This document shows, piece by piece, positions 28,307-40,688 of a stretch of 52,610 nucleotides of DNA. The DNA is taken from the sequence record SRR20825019_768; one strand, 5' to 3'. The translations under genes and the position numbers were made by a program. The stretch's first letter is position 1, and each line of letters begins with the position of its first letter. The notes beneath the pieces are model-generated. The model was not told where the DNA came from. It ran no database searches and worked only from the letters and a program-made list of their open reading frames with translations.

Positions 28307-29212
28307 TCAGCTGTCCGGGCTGATACGGTAACTGACCTGCATGTGATGCACCGCGCCGGGCGCCACAATAATGCTGTTGGCGATGGCATTGGCGGTTTCC
28401 ACACAAATGAACTGCTCGTAATCTTCTGCAGACATATCATTGAGTTGCGAAGCCTTGTCCCAGGGATTCCAGACCACAAAATTGTCTGCTCCCTGATGCT
28501 CAATCTCAATACGGCGCTTCAGGCTCGGATCGACTATCGACACTTTACTGGGTGCGTTGAGATAAACCCGATCTGTCTCACCCTCAGTGGTAATGTCACC
28601 ATCCTGCTTCTGCCGGGCAAGGCCCAGTGTCTTGTCCAGGTAGTCGACGCCGTCCAGACCACTGACACGGGCCTGTTTGACATCACCGACGCGGAAATAG
28701 CTATGCAGAGCCTTGGAGACACTGAAGGGAATTTCACCCTTGTTTTCTGTGGTCAGCGAAATATCAAGCTGATCACCGATATGAATTTTCTTGCGCAGGC
28801 GGAACTCACTCGGCCACCATTGCTTGCTGGTCGCCGTCGATTCCAGTCCCAGTGTGATTTCGACATTATCGTCATGCAACTGGCTGTCGAGCACTTCCCA
28901 GAAAAGGTTACGGGCAAAACCATGTGCCTGCCTTCCCAGATCGCCCGGATCATCGCCAAACCAGGGCCAGCATAGCGGCACACCACCACGTATGGCTTTA
29001 CCCTGTTGGTAAATCGCTTTCTTACTCAGGTAGAACAGATCATGTTCGGCACGTGCCGGTTTGAATGACAACATCTGACCACCATAAAGGGCAATCTTGG
29101 CGTCAGCGCGGGCTGTCGAGACCTGAATCAAAGGCATGCCTGACGGGCCAGCTACAAAGCTGACCTTATCTTCACGCCCGTAAATGCGATTTAATGTACT
29201 GAGATCCTGCAT
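28307..29212 (-). CDS. D-hexose-6-phosphate mutarotase (YeaD-like aldose 1-epimerase)
   Basis: AIRGGVPLCWPWFG, HGFAR, ALHSYF, VVWNPW, FICVE. Confidence 0.93.
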   Translation of the reverse strand: MQDLSTLNRIYGREDKVSFVAGPSGMPLIQVSTARADAKIALYGGQMLSFKPARAEHDLFYLSKKAIYQQGKAIRGGVPLCWPWFGDDPGDLGRQAHGFARNLFWEVLDSQLHDDNVEITLGLESTATSKQWWPSEFRLRKKIHIGDQLDISLTTENKGEIPFSVSKALHSYFRVGDVKQARVSGLDGVDYLDKTLGLARQKQDGDITTEGETDRVYLNAPSKVSIVDPSLKRRIEIEHQGADNFVVWNPWDKASQLNDMSAEDYEQFICVETANAIANSIIVAPGAVHHMQVSYRISPDS

Positions 29213-29228
29213 GCGTTATTTTCCAGAC

Positions 29229-29256
29229 AAAAAGACGGGCTGAAATGCCCGTCTTT
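29229..29256 (-). terminator. Intrinsic terminator after slyD
   Basis: AAAAAGACGGGC-TGAAAT-GCCCGTCTTT; gives a stem plus U-tract on the minus strand. Confidence 0.8.
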
Positions 29257-29296
29257 CCCTAGACATGGCCGACTGAATTCAGTCAGACCACCCCGA

Positions 29297-29779
29297 TTAG
29301 TGCTGGTGTCCACCTTCACCGTGAACATGGCCGTGCTCCAGTTCTTCTTCGCTGGCATCACGCACTTCACGAATAGTCACATCAAAATTAAGATGGACGC
29401 CTGCCAGTGGGTGATTACCATCAACAGTGACGCTCTCTTCTTTAACATCAGTGACAGTCACAAGAACCGGGCCCTGTTCAGTTTCTGACTGAAACTGCAT
29501 GCCCACTTCAACGTTATCAACGCCGCTGAACAGTTCACGTGGTACATCCTGTTTCAGTTGTTCGTGGCGCTCACCATAAGCTTTGGCAGGCTCAATGCTG
29601 GCCTGAACTGCATCACCTGCTTCTTTACCCAGAAGCGCTTCTTCCAGACCAGGGATGATATTGCCGGCACCATGCAGGTAAGCCAGCGGACCCGCACCTT
29701 CCGAGCTGTCGATGACGCTACCGTCGTTATCTTTGAGTGTGTAATCGATAACAACGACTGTATTATCTGCAACTTTCAT
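29297..29779 (-). CDS. slyD: FKBP-type peptidyl-prolyl isomerase SlyD
   Basis: YLHG..NIIPGLE.AL, AYGE, DGNHPLAG, His-rich tail HGHVHGEGGHQH. Confidence 0.96.
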   Translation of the reverse strand: MKVADNTVVVIDYTLKDNDGSVIDSSEGAGPLAYLHGAGNIIPGLEEALLGKEAGDAVQASIEPAKAYGERHEQLKQDVPRELFSGVDNVEVGMQFQSETEQGPVLVTVTDVKEESVTVDGNHPLAGVHLNFDVTIREVRDASEEELEHGHVHGEGGHQH

Positions 29780-30120
29780 TGAATTTCCTCTACTTGGATA
29801 TGTTTTGGATTACAGCTGCAGCTTCTTCACTACAACCGGAGGCATTGACGCTAATGGCTTCAGCCATATCACAGCAGGGCTGTGAGTTTGACACAGCGTC
29901 CGAAACACTGGCAACAACTCATTAATGGCCGCGGAAACAGCCTGGATGGTGCCATAGCCTGCCTGCTGACGATCTAATGATGACGGATTTGCCATATTTT
30001 TTCCAGCCACCCCATGCCGCAGAGGCCTCATTGGCAACACTGTTATAATTCAACACAGAATAAGACTGGGTTTCATGCTAAAGCCGAGCATTCTAACACC
30101 ATTACCCAACGACGACTAAT

Positions 30121-30819
30121 ATGAGCCAGCTGCTTCTGTTCAACAAACCCTTCAATGTGCTTACCCAGTTCACTGACAGTGAAGGCCGTCAGACTCTGAA
30201 AGACTTTATCCATATTGACGCTGTTTACCCTGCAGGCCGTTTGGACCGCGATAGTGAGGGGTTGTTATTACTGACCGATGATGGCGCTTTGCAGCAACTC
30301 ATTGCCAATCCACGTTTCAAGCTGGCTAAAACCTACTGGGTTCAGGTTGAACATATCCCTGATGAAACTGCACTGCAACAGCTGCGTGAGGGTGTCACAC
30401 TGAAAGACGGCCCTACTCTGCCTGCCGATGTCAGTCTGATCGAGCCACCAAATATCTGGTCCCGCACACCTCCCATCAGGGAGCGACAGCAGATACCGAC
30501 ACAATGGCTTTCACTGACCATTCGTGAAGGTCGCAACCGCCAGGTCCGCAGAATGACCGCCGCAGTCGGACACCCTACACTGAGGCTCATTCGCGTAGCG
30601 ATTGGGCCATGGCAACTGCAGGATCTGCAGCCCGGACAATGGCGAGCGATAGACGCGGCAGACGTGATAAAATGGCGCGATGATTTGGAAACCAAGAACC
30701 ACCGTCGCGGCCGTCGTCGAGCGCAACAACCAGTTTCTGCTGGTCGAAGAAGAAATCAACGGCAAAATGACACTCAACCAGCCCGCCGGACATCTCGAAC
30801 CAGACGAAAGCCTGATTGA
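30121..30819 (+). CDS. rluE: 23S rRNA pseudouridine synthase E
   Basis: [40 protein letters not shown]; the 3' end overlaps nudJ by 140 nt. Confidence 0.9.
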   Translation: MSQLLLFNKPFNVLTQFTDSEGRQTLKDFIHIDAVYPAGRLDRDSEGLLLLTDDGALQQLIANPRFKLAKTYWVQVEHIPDETALQQLREGVTLKDGPTLPADVSLIEPPNIWSRTPPIRERQQIPTQWLSLTIREGRNRQVRRMTAAVGHPTLRLIRVAIGPWQLQDLQPGQWRAIDAADVIKWRDDLETKNHRRGRRRAQQPVSAGRRRNQRQNDTQPARRTSRTRRKPD

Positions 30820-31120
30820 GGCTGTTATTCGGGAAACCGACGAGGAAACAGCCTGGCAGTTTGAGCCTGAGGCGCTGGTTGGCATTTATCGCTGGGTGCA
30901 TCCCATCAAGAACGAAACCTATATCCGCTATTGTTTTTGCGGCCAGGTCACCCAACATAATCCGGAACAGGCACTGGACGGCGATATACACCGTGCCTTA
31001 TGGATGACGCTGGAACAGATCGAAGCAAGACAGGCAGAACATCGCAGTCCCCTTGTACTGCAGTGCTTTCAGGACTACCTGGCGGGTCATCGCTATTCAT
31101 TGGATTTATTACGTAACTGA
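30680..31120 (+). CDS. nudJ: Nudix hydrolase NudJ
   Basis: [32 protein letters not shown]; between rluE and mnmA. Confidence 0.9.
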   Translation: MIWKPRTTVAAVVERNNQFLLVEEEINGKMTLNQPAGHLEPDESLIEAVIRETDEETAWQFEPEALVGIYRWVHPIKNETYIRYCFCGQVTQHNPEQALDGDIHRALWMTLEQIEARQAEHRSPLVLQCFQDYLAGHRYSLDLLRN

Positions 31121-31122
31121 TT

Positions 31123-32226
31123 ATGGCAGAACAGAAAAAAGTAGTCGTCGGCCTCTCCGGCGGCGTCGATTCCTCAGTCGCGGCGTTGCTGCTTAAACAG
31201 CAGCATGAAAAAGTCGAAGGCCTGTTTATGAAAAACTGGGTCGATTTCGCGGATGAGAGTGAATGCACGATTGAAGAAGATCGTAAAGATGCCATGTCGG
31301 TAGCCGAAACCGTCGGCATTGATTTCCATGAAGCCAATTTTGCCATGGAGTATTGGGATTATGTATTCAAGCATTTTCTGGATGAATACCGTGCCGGTCG
31401 TACGCCCAACCCGGATATTCTTTGCAACCGCGAAATCAAGTTCAAAGCTTTTCTTGATCATGCAATGGAACTGGGCGGCGTCACGATTGCCACCGGACAC
31501 TATGCCCGTGTTGCCGAGCGTGATGGCAGATTCCACCTGCTCAAAGGCAAGGACAATAAAAAAGATCAGAGCTACTTCCTTTATACCCTCGGGCAGGAAC
31601 AGCTCTCCCGCACTCTGTTCCCTCTGGGCGAACTGCCCAAAACCGAAGTCCGCGAAATCGCGGAAAAAGCCGGTTTCATTAACCATGACAAAAAAGACAG
31701 CACCGGCATCTGCTTTATCGGTGAGCGTCAGTTCCGCGAGTTTCTGAGCCGCTACATCCCGGCCCAGCCCGGCGATATGCGCACACCCGAAGGCGAATAT
31801 ATCGGTGAACATGCCGGTTTAATGTATTACACCCTGGGGCAACGTCAGGGTCTGGGTATCGGTGGCCGCAAAAACAGCAGCGGCGAACCCTGGTTTGTCG
31901 CTGGTAAAGATATGGATAGCCGAACTTTGTATGTCGTTCAGGGTGATCATCCCTGGCTGTGGAGTCAGAGCCTGAAAGCCGAACAATTGTCCTGGGTGGC
32001 AGGTGAAGCACCGGCTTTCCCATGCCGCGCTGCCGCCAAAACCCGTTATCGTCAGCCTGACCAAGCCTGCACCATTACGCAGGATGACGATGGCTTGATC
32101 CATGTCGAGTTCGATGACAAGCAACGTGCAGTGACGCCGGGTCAGTCAGTCGTTTTCTATCAGGATGATGACTGCCTGGGCGGTGGCATTATTGTCTCAA
32201 CCGATGCCCCGGGGGTGCACCCATGA
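31123..32226 (+). CDS. mnmA: tRNA-specific 2-thiouridylase
   Basis: SGGVDS PP-loop, [41 protein letters not shown]. Confidence 0.98.
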   Translation: MAEQKKVVVGLSGGVDSSVAALLLKQQHEKVEGLFMKNWVDFADESECTIEEDRKDAMSVAETVGIDFHEANFAMEYWDYVFKHFLDEYRAGRTPNPDILCNREIKFKAFLDHAMELGGVTIATGHYARVAERDGRFHLLKGKDNKKDQSYFLYTLGQEQLSRTLFPLGELPKTEVREIAEKAGFINHDKKDSTGICFIGERQFREFLSRYIPAQPGDMRTPEGEYIGEHAGLMYYTLGQRQGLGIGGRKNSSGEPWFVAGKDMDSRTLYVVQGDHPWLWSQSLKAEQLSWVAGEAPAFPCRAAAKTRYRQPDQACTITQDDDGLIHVEFDDKQRAVTPGQSVVFYQDDDCLGGGIIVSTDAPGVHP

Positions 32227-32855
32227 GCATTTCGGAACGCCAACGGGACAGAACCATCGCGCTCGCAGCCGTTGTCCAGTCCGCGAAGCTGGTTCAGCAT
32301 ATCGCTGAAAGTGGTCAGGCCAGTGCCACCGATATTGAAACCTTATTGCAGAGCCTGCTGGTCGAAAATGCACCGAGCACGGAGGCTGTTTTCGGTGGTC
32401 TCAGCAACCTGCGCCCCGGTCTTCGTGAACTGAACCAGCAATTGTCGAAAAAGAAAGAACAGAAAGATGTGGTGCTACTGCGGTACGTGATCAGCCTGCT
32501 ACATCTGGAACGGCAACTGGCCAAAAATCCAAAAATGATGGACACCATCGGTCTTGAACTGGAACAGGTACCACAACAAATTGAATATTTTGGCGAGATC
32601 ATGGCACCCCAGGTAATTGCCCGTTTTGCTGACATTTATCACCGTACTTTGAGTCAGCTCAAACCACAGATACAGGTTTACGGCGATCCCAATTATCTGC
32701 AGCAACCCGATAACGTTAATAAAGTCCGGGCCCTGTTGCTCAGCGGCGTTCGATCCGCCGTGTTATGGCGTCAGAAAGGGGGACGGCGCTGGCAGTTCCT
32801 GTTCCAGAGCGCCAAAATCCTGGCTGCCGCCGAGGAACTTCACGCCGCCTGCTGA
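32223..32855 (+). CDS. hflD: High frequency lysogenization protein HflD
   Basis: TIALA...Q, RY...L..LE, A.IY...[21 protein letters not shown]; follows mnmA. Confidence 0.93.
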   Translation: MSISERQRDRTIALAAVVQSAKLVQHIAESGQASATDIETLLQSLLVENAPSTEAVFGGLSNLRPGLRELNQQLSKKKEQKDVVLLRYVISLLHLERQLAKNPKMMDTIGLELEQVPQQIEYFGEIMAPQVIARFADIYHRTLSQLKPQIQVYGDPNYLQQPDNVNKVRALLLSGVRSAVLWRQKGGRRWQFLFQSAKILAAAEELHAAC

Positions 32856-33559
32856 ATGAACTGTTTTTTGCTGATTTGTAAAAACAAAGCGGTCGACAGC
32901 CCCGCTGAGGCGAAAATCATGCACATCACCACAATCTGGTAGTGCGCTGCCACAATGGGTGACACGCCTGATAAAATCTGTCCGGTCATCATCCCCGGTA
33001 GAGATACCAGTCCCACCGCCAGCATACTGTTGATGATCGGAATAAATGCCGCCTGAAACGCTTCGTTGCGCGCCCGTCTGAAGGAAAGCTGACGTGACAG
33101 TTCCGCAGCCAGCCTTTCTGCAGCCAGACTGACACTGTTCATGGCATTGGCGAATATCATCCCCGCTAACGGAATCATATAACGCGGCTCGAACCAGGGT
33201 TCAAGATTGATAACAAGCTGGGTGATCAGAAATAAGGTCAATCCACCGCCCGCTAAAATGCTGACAAAGGCATGCTTGAACAAGCTTTTCCGGTTCGGCT
33301 TGACTGTGCCCAGGGCAATCCAGCTTGCCGCCACTACCATCACCAGCATCACTGCGACCACTATCCAGGCTTGTTCGGCTGCAAAAATCGTGGTCAGGAT
33401 ATAACCAACCAACAGCAACTGAATCAGCATTCTGACGATGGCATAAACCGCATTACCAGCCTGCAATGACCAGTGCCACATAATACCGATAACCAGCAAG
33501 ACCGGCACAAAAGCCAGAGCCAGCTTAAGGGGTGGTATGACTTGTATGGTTTCGTTCAT
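32840..33559 (-). CDS. UPF0014 / FetB (YbbM)-like ABC transporter permease
   Basis: RM.IQLL.VGY.L, Y.IPLAGMI..NAM, VGLVSLPGMMTGQIL.G.SP..A..YQ. Confidence 0.9.
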   Translation of the reverse strand: MNETIQVIPPLKLALAFVPVLLVIGIMWHWSLQAGNAVYAIVRMLIQLLLVGYILTTIFAAEQAWIVVAVMLVMVVAASWIALGTVKPNRKSLFKHAFVSILAGGGLTLFLITQLVINLEPWFEPRYMIPLAGMIFANAMNSVSLAAERLAAELSRQLSFRRARNEAFQAAFIPIINSMLAVGLVSLPGMMTGQILSGVSPIVAAHYQIVVMCMIFASAGLSTALFLQISKKQFIQQAA

Positions 33560-33562
33560 TAT

Positions 33563-33597
33563 AAAAAAGGCTGTTTCCCCTCACAGGAAAACAGCCT
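33563..33597 (-). terminator. Intrinsic terminator after acnB
   Basis: AAAAAAGGCTGTTT...AAACAGCCT; stem plus U-tract on the minus strand. Confidence 0.75.
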
Positions 33598-33619
33598 CTT
33601 CTGCGCCATAAATCTCGGA

Positions 33620-36151
33620 TTAGCTCGCCGCCTGACGATACTCATCCAGTTCATTAAAGTTCAGGTAGCGATAGATTTCCGCTGCCATCGGCTTGATGCC
33701 GGCAACGGCTTCCAGATATTCGGCTACCGTCGGAATTTTACCCAGACTGGCCACCACCGCTGACAACTCGGCTGAAGCCAGGTACACATCAGCATTGTTG
33801 CCCAGACGGTTAGGGAAGTTACGGGTCGAGGTAGAGACCACAGTGGCTCCGTCTGCCACACGTGCCTGGTTACCCATACACAAAGAACAGCCCGGTGTTT
33901 CGGTACGGGCACCAACCCGGCCGAAGGTGCTGTAAACGCCTTCTTCGGTTAGCTGATGTTTATCCATCTTGGTCGGTGGCGCAATCCATAGTTTCACCGG
34001 CAGACTCTTCATATTTTCCAGCACTTTGCTGGCCGCACGGTAATGGCCGATATTGGTCATGCAGGAACCGATAAAGACTTCATCGACGTTAGCGCCCTGC
34101 ACTGCTGACAGTGGCTTGATATCATCCGGATCGTTGGGACAGGCCAGCAGCGGCTCGGTGATTTCGTTCAGATCGATATCGATCACGGCCGCATAGTCGG
34201 CATCGGCATCCGGCTCCAGCAGCTCGGGATTATCCAGCCACTCTTTCATCGAATCGATACGACGTTGCAGGGTGCGTGCATCCTGATAGCCTTCGGCAAT
34301 CATCCATTCCATCAGCGAAATATTAGACTTGAGGAACTCGATGATAGGCTCTTTATTCAGGCGCACAGTACAGCCGTTGGCACTGCGTTCGGCTGAAGCA
34401 TCGGACAGTTCAAATGCCTGTTCGACTTTGAGATCGGGCAGACCTTCAATTTCCAGTACACGGCCATTGAAGATGTTTTTCTTGCCTTTCTTCTCCACCG
34501 TCAGCAGCCCCTGCTGAATTGCTGCGTAAGGAATGGCGTTGACCAAATCACGTAGGGTGATGCCCGGTTGCATTTCACCTTTAAAGCGAACCAATACCGA
34601 TTCCGGCATATCCAGCGGCATCACGCCCAGTGCGGCACCGAATGCGACCAGGCCTGAACCGGCCGGAAAGCTGATACCGATCGGGAAACGGGTATGAGAA
34701 TCACCGCCGGTACCGACGGTATCCGGCAGAATCATACGATTGAGCCAGGAGTGAATAATACCGTCGCCAGGACGCAGTGAGACGCCGCCACGGGTGCTGA
34801 TAAAGTCCGGCAGTTCATGTTGCAGTTTGATATCAACCGGTTTCGGATAAGCCGCGGTGTGACAGAAAGACTGCATCACCAGATCAGCTGAGAAGCCCAG
34901 ACAGGAGAGTTCTTTCAACTCATCCCGGGTCATGGCACCAGTGGTGTCCTGTGAACCCACTGTGGTGACTTTCGGTTCGCAGTAAGTGTTAGGTCGAACA
35001 CCATCAACCCCGCAGGCACGACCAACCATTTTCTGCGCCAGCGTAAAGCCTTTGCCGGTATCCACAGGGTCAACCGGACGCACAAAGACATCAGACGGGC
35101 CCATGCCCAACGTTTCGCGGGCCTTATCGGTGAGACCACGGCCGATAATCAGCGGGATGCGGCCACCGGCACGGACTTCATCAGCCAGCGTGGTCGGCCG
35201 CATGGTGAATTCACTGATAGTCTCACCCGCTTCATTGACAATCTTACCTTCATAAGGATAGATGGTGATAATGTCACCACTTTCCATATGCTGCACATCA
35301 CATTCGATGGGCATAGCGCCGGAATCTTCAGCGGTGTTAAAGAAAATCGGTGCGATATTGTTACCCAGAATCACACCACCCTGCCGCTTGTTAGGCACGT
35401 AAGGCACATCATGGCCCATATGCCAGAGCACAGAGTTGATGGCAGATTTGCGTGAGGAACCGGTACCAACGACGTCGCCGACCAGCGCCAGCGGATAGCC
35501 TTTTTCTTTCAGCTTCTCGATGTCGGTAATGGGATTATCCATTTTGCTCTGCAGCATCGCTTTAGCGTGGAGAGGAATGTCAGGACGACTCCAGGCCTCG
35601 GTAGCAGGCGACAAATCATCAGTATTGGTTTCACCCGGTACCTTGAACACGGTCAGGGTAATTTTATCTTCCATCCTGGGGCGGGAGGTAAACCACTCAG
35701 CCTCGGCCCAGGACTGTAACACCCGCTTCGCATAATCGTTGGTTTCGGCTTTTTCCACCACATCATGGTAGAGGTCATACACCATCAGGGTTTTGCAAAG
35801 CGCTTGTTCCGCGGTGGTGGCTGTGTCTTCAATATCAAGTAAATCGATGAGCGACTGAACGTTATAGCCACCCATCATGGTGCCCAGTAACTCGGTGGCA
35901 CGAATGGGCGTAATCAAATCGCATTGGGTATTGCCTTTGGCAATATCAGTCAGGAAACCGGCTTTGACATAGGCAGACTGATCAACACCAGGCGGTACCC
36001 GATGGATCAGTAAGTCCAGTAGGGTTTCGCTGTTTTCATCACCGGCTTTGAGCTGCTCGACCAGAATCGACACCTGTTCGGCATTCAGCGGTAATGGTGG
36101 CAGCCCTTGCTGGGCTCGTTCCTCAACATGTGATTGATATTCAGTTAGCAC
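33620..36151 (-). CDS. acnB: Aconitate hydratase B
   Basis: [59 protein letters not shown]. Confidence 0.98.
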   Translation of the reverse strand: MLTEYQSHVEERAQQGLPPLPLNAEQVSILVEQLKAGDENSETLLDLLIHRVPPGVDQSAYVKAGFLTDIAKGNTQCDLITPIRATELLGTMMGGYNVQSLIDLLDIEDTATTAEQALCKTLMVYDLYHDVVEKAETNDYAKRVLQSWAEAEWFTSRPRMEDKITLTVFKVPGETNTDDLSPATEAWSRPDIPLHAKAMLQSKMDNPITDIEKLKEKGYPLALVGDVVGTGSSRKSAINSVLWHMGHDVPYVPNKRQGGVILGNNIAPIFFNTAEDSGAMPIECDVQHMESGDIITIYPYEGKIVNEAGETISEFTMRPTTLADEVRAGGRIPLIIGRGLTDKARETLGMGPSDVFVRPVDPVDTGKGFTLAQKMVGRACGVDGVRPNTYCEPKVTTVGSQDTTGAMTRDELKELSCLGFSADLVMQSFCHTAAYPKPVDIKLQHELPDFISTRGGVSLRPGDGIIHSWLNRMILPDTVGTGGDSHTRFPIGISFPAGSGLVAFGAALGVMPLDMPESVLVRFKGEMQPGITLRDLVNAIPYAAIQQGLLTVEKKGKKNIFNGRVLEIEGLPDLKVEQAFELSDASAERSANGCTVRLNKEPIIEFLKSNISLMEWMIAEGYQDARTLQRRIDSMKEWLDNPELLEPDADADYAAVIDIDLNEITEPLLACPNDPDDIKPLSAVQGANVDEVFIGSCMTNIGHYRAASKVLENMKSLPVKLWIAPPTKMDKHQLTEEGVYSTFGRVGARTETPGCSLCMGNQARVADGATVVSTSTRNFPNRLGNNADVYLASAELSAVVASLGKIPTVAEYLEAVAGIKPMAAEIYRYLNFNELDEYRQAAS

Positions 36152-36264
36152 AGATAGTCACCCCAAAAGTTTCTTAAAATCAGATGCAGGCATTTTACCT
36201 GAAAGCATCTGGGCACGGCGAACTCTGATATAATTTGGCTCACTTTTCTAACTAATCCAATTAA

Positions 36265-37653
<1,389 letters not shown>

Positions 37654-37655
37654 CA

Positions 37656-38162
37656 ATGACTGAGAATATCCCGACTGACGATAATGACACACTGTTGACT
37701 TTCGACAGTCGGGATCAGGCTGCCAAACTGGCTTTGGATCTCATCAATGAGGCCCGGCTGGAGATTTGTTTTTTCGGCCCGCTGATTGATCCGGTACTGT
37801 TCGATAATGATGCAGCGGCTGAAAAACTGAGTGAGTTCGCCCGTCGCAGTCCACGCACCCGGATCCGTATCGTGGTTCACGATACCCAGAAAAATGTGGT
37901 CCATAGTCATCGCCTGTTGCCGTTGGCACAAAAACTCACCAGTTCGATTGAGATTCATATCGCCGGCAGCAAACACCGGGATCTGCGTCAGCAATATATG
38001 CTGATCGATGGCAAAGCCTATCTTTTTTGTCCTGTTGCCGAACGTTACCAGGGCCGGGCTGAAATGCATGCCCCCGCCGTGGTCAAGGAAATGCAGCAGG
38101 AATTCGAGGAAATCTGGAATCACAGTAAACCGGATATCAATACAAGGCGGCTGAATCTATGA
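37656..38162 (+). CDS. Conserved hypothetical protein (possible degenerate PLD-like fold)
   Basis: 168 aa, 2 bp after purB; A..EI.F, IRI.V.D, H.LL.LAQ.L.S, ML.DG and F..IW pattern with no HxK motif. Confidence 0.7.
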   Translation: MTENIPTDDNDTLLTFDSRDQAAKLALDLINEARLEICFFGPLIDPVLFDNDAAAEKLSEFARRSPRTRIRIVVHDTQKNVVHSHRLLPLAQKLTSSIEIHIAGSKHRDLRQQYMLIDGKAYLFCPVAERYQGRAEMHAPAVVKEMQQEFEEIWNHSKPDINTRRLNL

Positions 38163-38950
38163 GAATCACCCTGTTGCTATCCGCTCTGCTATTCTCTGTC
38201 TCGGTTTTTGCCGAAACCCAGATTCATACCATTAACCTCAAGCACCGGTTGGCGGCCGAAATCCTGCCTCAGATTGAAGCATTCCTGCCGGAAAACGCCA
38301 CCGTCCGTGCTTATGACAATATGTTGATTTTAAAATCGGATCGTGCAACGCTCGCCAATGTACAGCAGATCCTCGATAAACTGGATCAACCGCAACAAAG
38401 CCTGATCGTCACAGTAACGCGAAGCTCAGAAGATCTGGCTCACCAGCGCGGCAGCCGCAATCAGCTTGAGATTGAGGCCGATGACGGTATCAATGCTTCG
38501 GCCAGTATCAACCGCTGGTCGACAAAAAACCGCGATGAACGAGATCAACAATACCGTGCGCGTACCATTAGCGGAAACCCGGTCTCTATCTCACTGGGTG
38601 AAGATAGTCCTCAGCAACAGCAGTTGGTATTCATCGGACCGCGTGGTGTTGGCGTTGCCAATGAAACACGTTATATCACCACTGCCAATGGCTTTCAGGC
38701 TGTGCCCCATCTATTACCTGACGGTCAGGTCAGGGTTGAAATACATCCTTTCTTCAGTAAGCTGTCGCGGGTCGATGGTGACATTCGCAGCAGTGAGGTG
38801 ATCACAACAGTGGTCGGAGACACCGGTGAATGGCTGGAAATCGGCCGTATCGCTGAAAATGCCGAGCTTGAACGAGATGGCGTCACCAGCTACCGCAGTC
38901 ACGGCGAACAGCAGCAAATTTTGTATCTGAAAATCGAATTATCCAATTAA
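38159..38950 (+). CDS. Secretin N-domain (NolW-like) containing exported protein, short
   Basis: Signal peptide; I.LKHR.A.EI.P...N.LIL.....L....L..LDQP..Q/S-L N-domain; C-terminal beta-rich segment ending T.V....GEW..IG; only 263 aa. Confidence 0.7.
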   Translation: MRITLLLSALLFSVSVFAETQIHTINLKHRLAAEILPQIEAFLPENATVRAYDNMLILKSDRATLANVQQILDKLDQPQQSLIVTVTRSSEDLAHQRGSRNQLEIEADDGINASASINRWSTKNRDERDQQYRARTISGNPVSISLGEDSPQQQQLVFIGPRGVGVANETRYITTANGFQAVPHLLPDGQVRVEIHPFFSKLSRVDGDIRSSEVITTVVGDTGEWLEIGRIAENAELERDGVTSYRSHGEQQQILYLKIELSN

Positions 38951-38962
38951 GTAAGAGCCAAT

Positions 38963-39580
38963 ATGAATGTGAAAGAAGCGATCGTCAGTCGACGGTCTGT
39001 GAAACATTACGACCCTGAACATGAGATGACCGAAGCAGAAGTTCAGGAACTGATGGAACATACTATTCTGTCTCCAACCGCTTTCAATCTGCAGCACTGG
39101 CGCTTTGTCAACGTAGTCGACAAAGACAAGCGTGAGCAGATCAAAATCGCCAGCTGGGGCCAGTCACAGGTGACTGACGCCTCCATGCTGCTGGTCCTGT
39201 GCGCCGATCTCAATGCCTGGGAAAAAGATCCTCAACGCTACTGGCGTAATGCACCGAAGGAAGTCCAGGATTTTATGCTGCCGGCCATCGAGAACTATTA
39301 CACCAATCACCATCAGGGCATGCGGGATGAATGCATCCGTTCAGCCGGTATTGCCGCAACCAGTATTATGCTGATGGCACGTGAAATGGGCTATGACAGC
39401 TGCCCGATGGATGGTTTTGACTTCGACAAAGTCGCACGGGTCATCAACCTGCCACATGATCACATCATCGTGATGATGATTACGATTGGTAAGAAAATCC
39501 AGGATGCGCGTCCGCGCGCCGGTCAGTTACCGCTGGAAGACGTAGTGTTTACCGACCGTTTCCCGGGTAAAAGCCAATAA
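38963..39580 (+). CDS. Nitroreductase family protein
   Basis: AI..RRSVKHY, SPTAFNLQHWRF, MGYDSCPMDGFD, IGK. Confidence 0.93.
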   Translation: MNVKEAIVSRRSVKHYDPEHEMTEAEVQELMEHTILSPTAFNLQHWRFVNVVDKDKREQIKIASWGQSQVTDASMLLVLCADLNAWEKDPQRYWRNAPKEVQDFMLPAIENYYTNHHQGMRDECIRSAGIAATSIMLMAREMGYDSCPMDGFDFDKVARVINLPHDHIIVMMITIGKKIQDARPRAGQLPLEDVVFTDRFPGKSQ

Positions 39581-39629
39581 CAGACTGATTGCAGATGGCG
39601 CTCTCCTGCGCCATTGTGCTGAGACAGGT

Positions 39630-40667
39630 TTAGATAATGGGTGGTGGCGCTTCTGAAACGCAGTTGCGCCCTTTCCGTTTGGACATATACAAGGCGCGAT
39701 CAGCACGCTGCATAAAGCTTTCGACACCTTCAGTGGGGACATAACGCGCAACACCGAAGGAAATCGTAATTTGTCCCAGAGACTCATGGGTATCCTTGCG
39801 CTGAATTCGCTTGGAAGCGATTTCATGACGGATATTATCCGCCACGGTCTTGGCATTCTGCAGGCTGGTATTGAGCAGAATAATTGAAAACTCTTCACCG
39901 CCGTAACGCGCGACCAGATCCCGCCCTTTCACACTGTCTCTCAATGCGTTGGCAATCACTTTCAGCACCTGGTCTCCCACAAGATGTCCATGCTGATCGT
40001 TAATATCTTTAAAGTTATCCAGATCACAGAACAGCAGACATACATCAAGGCCGCTGCTGTCAGCATCTTCAGTCACTTTCGTCACCAGATCATCAAAGGC
40101 TTTACGGTTAGCCAGGCCGGTCAAGGTATCGGTCTTGGCCTCCCGCTTGGTCACTTCCAGCTCTTTCTTGAGCTTGTTAACTTCCACCATCGCGGTATTG
40201 AGACGTTCGGTCAGCAACTCTCCGTTGTTAATAGCTAACCGGGTCTCGTTCAGAATCTCATCAACGATGTCGTGAATCTGTTGCGGCGTCATATCGCGGT
40301 TGACCTTGCCCATCAGCGTATTTAAATGCTGATTGACCTTGTCATTATGTGCCACGCCGCTGCAGACAAAGTTAACCACTTCACGCAGCAGCCTGGCGAG
40401 CTCCAGCCGAAGTTCTATGACTTCCTGACGATCCTTTTCCAGATTGAAAAACTGCTCATGCAGCGCCTTGCATTGTGCCTGGCTCAGCATCGGGTTAACC
40501 GCGAGCATAGACTGGATTTGTTCGGACAACTTGGCATTGGCACCCGACACATGCTCGTACCAGACAGCGTAATTATCCGGTGTCATCGGCACACCGTGCT
40601 TTCTCATCAGCGGCAAAGCCAGCCGCATATATTCTGCGGCTTTATCTGATAATTCGCTGTAATCCAT
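39630..40667 (-). CDS. Soluble diguanylate cyclase (GGDEF domain)
   Basis: P.NYAVWYE N-terminal helical domain, DTLTGLANR, DLDNFK.IND.HGH..GD, ARYGGEEF, RAD.ALY.SK..GRN. Confidence 0.93.
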   Translation of the reverse strand: MDYSELSDKAAEYMRLALPLMRKHGVPMTPDNYAVWYEHVSGANAKLSEQIQSMLAVNPMLSQAQCKALHEQFFNLEKDRQEVIELRLELARLLREVVNFVCSGVAHNDKVNQHLNTLMGKVNRDMTPQQIHDIVDEILNETRLAINNGELLTERLNTAMVEVNKLKKELEVTKREAKTDTLTGLANRKAFDDLVTKVTEDADSSGLDVCLLFCDLDNFKDINDQHGHLVGDQVLKVIANALRDSVKGRDLVARYGGEEFSIILLNTSLQNAKTVADNIRHEIASKRIQRKDTHESLGQITISFGVARYVPTEGVESFMQRADRALYMSKRKGRNCVSEAPPPII

Positions 40668-40688
40668 CCAGTCTTTCCTCGACCTAAA

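Noticed and set aside
29810-30040. 76-aa minus-strand ORF in the slyD-rluE gap
   Set aside because: No recognisable motif or convincing RBS; may be spurious, although the 340-bp gap could hide a small gene or sRNA that I cannot support
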